NCBI GenBank assembly: GCA_965231145.1
Contig: OZ246420.1
Coordinates: 810,001-842,000, forward strand
Direction of reading: 5' to 3'
DNA length: 32,000 bases
From: Candidatus Saccharimonadota bacterium
GTDB lineage: Bacteria; Patescibacteriota; Gracilibacteria; Absconditabacterales; Absconditicoccaceae
In this document: positions 30,989 to 32,000 of the stretch, piece after piece
Layout: each line of letters starts with the position of its first letter
Numbering within the stretch: the stretch's first letter is position 1
Made by a program: the position numbers and the translations under genes
The notes under the pieces: generated by a model
Databases searched by the model: none
What the model saw: only the letters and a program-made list of their open reading frames with translations
Told to the model about the DNA's origin: nothing

Positions 30989-31552
30989 ATGAACGGAAAT
31001 GAAGCACAGTTTAAAGAAATGATGTTAGATAAAGTTTTGTTTGGCGGACTATTGGCAACACACGATGAAGATATGACCGCATGAAAAAGACTCGAGATAC
31101 TCAACGGGGTAAAAGAAGATCTCTGTGATGCACTCACCGCCTTTACTCCCGATCTTCCGCATCAGTTTAGCTCTCAAGTAGAATCCATCGTAGGTAACAT
31201 AAGAGATCAGATAGAGATGATTTGGGATGACGACGAGTTCATGGGATTTATGGAACTCTATAAGATCAAGCTTGACGGCATCAATGCGATGATGGACCAA
31301 GGTCACAAAGAGTCGGGAGATATATGATCTGAAGAACAAGATGAGAAAGACAACTTTGATGAGCACACGAATATCAGAGCGAAGATGCTTAACTTCGAAG
31401 TAAACTTTACAAAGATATATGAAAAGATGAAAGAACGCGGCCTGGAAAGCATGAGTATGAACGGTCTCAAAATGTGGATAGGTATGTTCAAAAAATCAAA
31501 TGCTGAAAGAGTTGAATGGATGAAAAGATTTTCAGACGACAAAAGTGAATAG
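30989..31552 (+). CDS. Hypothetical acidic protein (187 aa)
   Basis: ATG at 30989 to TAG at 31550 with two in-frame TGA codons, so it is absent from the track. It is preferred over the antisense track ORFs 31049..31366 and 31303..31542, whose translations are low-complexity hydrophobic. Confidence 0.55.
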
Positions 31553-31576
31553 TATTTTTACTCTTTATCAAGGTAA

Positions 31577-31600
31577 CGACGACGACGACGACGACGACGA
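31577..31600. repeat. (CGA)8 trinucleotide microsatellite abutting a start codon
   Basis: cgacgacgacgacgacgacgacga is eight perfect units. The final A is the A of the ATG at 31600. Confidence 0.95.
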
Positions 31601-32000
31601 TGATTACTACTCTCAGAACATTTACACACCAAGAAGATCCATATGGTGTTCAGACAAGCTTGGAAAAATTTCTTAAAGAGAAAAATACGGCTGCTTTGGT
31701 AGAAGTTCTGATGGACCCCTATGAGATAGGTACACACGGGTCGACCACGAAGATGATCATGATGTCAGACTATGCAAGATGTACTCCCGAAGTACAGCAA
31801 GAATTACTGGAGACATTGAACTGATTCGATCTTGCATCATTGGAAACAACAGAAAAGGTAAGAGAGATGGTTTCATTTACTTATTTAGCCCTCTCACAAG
31901 ACAGGATGTGTAAAAAGATTAAGCTGATCGTACAAGTCCGAGATAAACGAGTAGATGATTTTCGTGCTGGAAAATTCAGTTCACTTCCACTGAGCGCACA
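31600..32000 (+). CDS. Hypothetical protein, N-terminal part (runs off the right edge)
   Basis: ATG at 31600. Track fragment 31600..31824 continues through TGA at 31822 to the window end (…LLETLNG(TGA)FDLASLETTEKVREMV…). No family recognised. Confidence 0.55.

Noticed and set aside
31049-31542. Minus-strand track ORFs 31049..31366 and 31303..31542
   Set aside because: Their translations are hydrophobic and low-complexity with no start context. The plus-strand table-25 ORF 30989..31552 covers the same DNA with a more protein-like, charged sequence. Confidence in either is only moderate.
1-32000. TGA could encode Trp (code 4, Mollicutes-type)
   Set aside because: The diagnostic positions (P-loop lead-in Gly in YchF and Tmk, GEG in YchF, PGG in the Nudix box, GG pairs in propeller blades) require Gly, not Trp. 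TGG is used at typical Trp positions.

Overview
The window is dense, AT-rich bacterial chromosome that reads coherently only if TGA encodes glycine (translation table 25, as in Gracilibacteria and Absconditabacteria/SR1 of the Candidate Phyla Radiation). The supplied standard-code ORF track therefore splits most genes at TGA. In-frame TGA sits at invariant Gly positions: the YchF G1 lead-in GIVG*LPNVGKS and GASKGEG*LGNKF, the Tmk P-loop lead-in VFEG*IVGSGKST, and the Nudix LPG*GFV. Every gene I could rebuild ends in TAA or TAG. After re-joining fragments by hand I see about 27 CDS and one tRNA-Leu(GAG). Left part: a nucleotide-salvage/repair run (ung-tmk-tdk), RNase J, an O-methyltransferase, a VirB2/TrbC-like pilin, GatB/YqeY, a sigma-70-region-4/HARE-HTH protein, and YchF. 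Middle: a three-gene block that includes a 631-aa protein with PG-binding and LysM domains. Right part (about 14.4-30 kb): a cell-envelope island. It holds small membrane proteins, a lipoprotein, a DUF59 protein, a secreted protein with two SLH-like domains, and what looks like a WxL/Csc-type surface-protein cluster. That cluster is dominated by one uninterrupted 9,453-nt ORF (20516..29968, minus strand, 3,150 aa, dozens of TGA-Gly codons). The giant protein is built from three tandem ~2.6-kb modules (beta-propeller 'delta-60'-type repeats, then LamG, then a cadherin-like domain). It ends in a WxL-like domain that is clearly homologous to a small secreted protein encoded convergently just downstream. 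All family names come from motif recognition by eye; I ran no database search.
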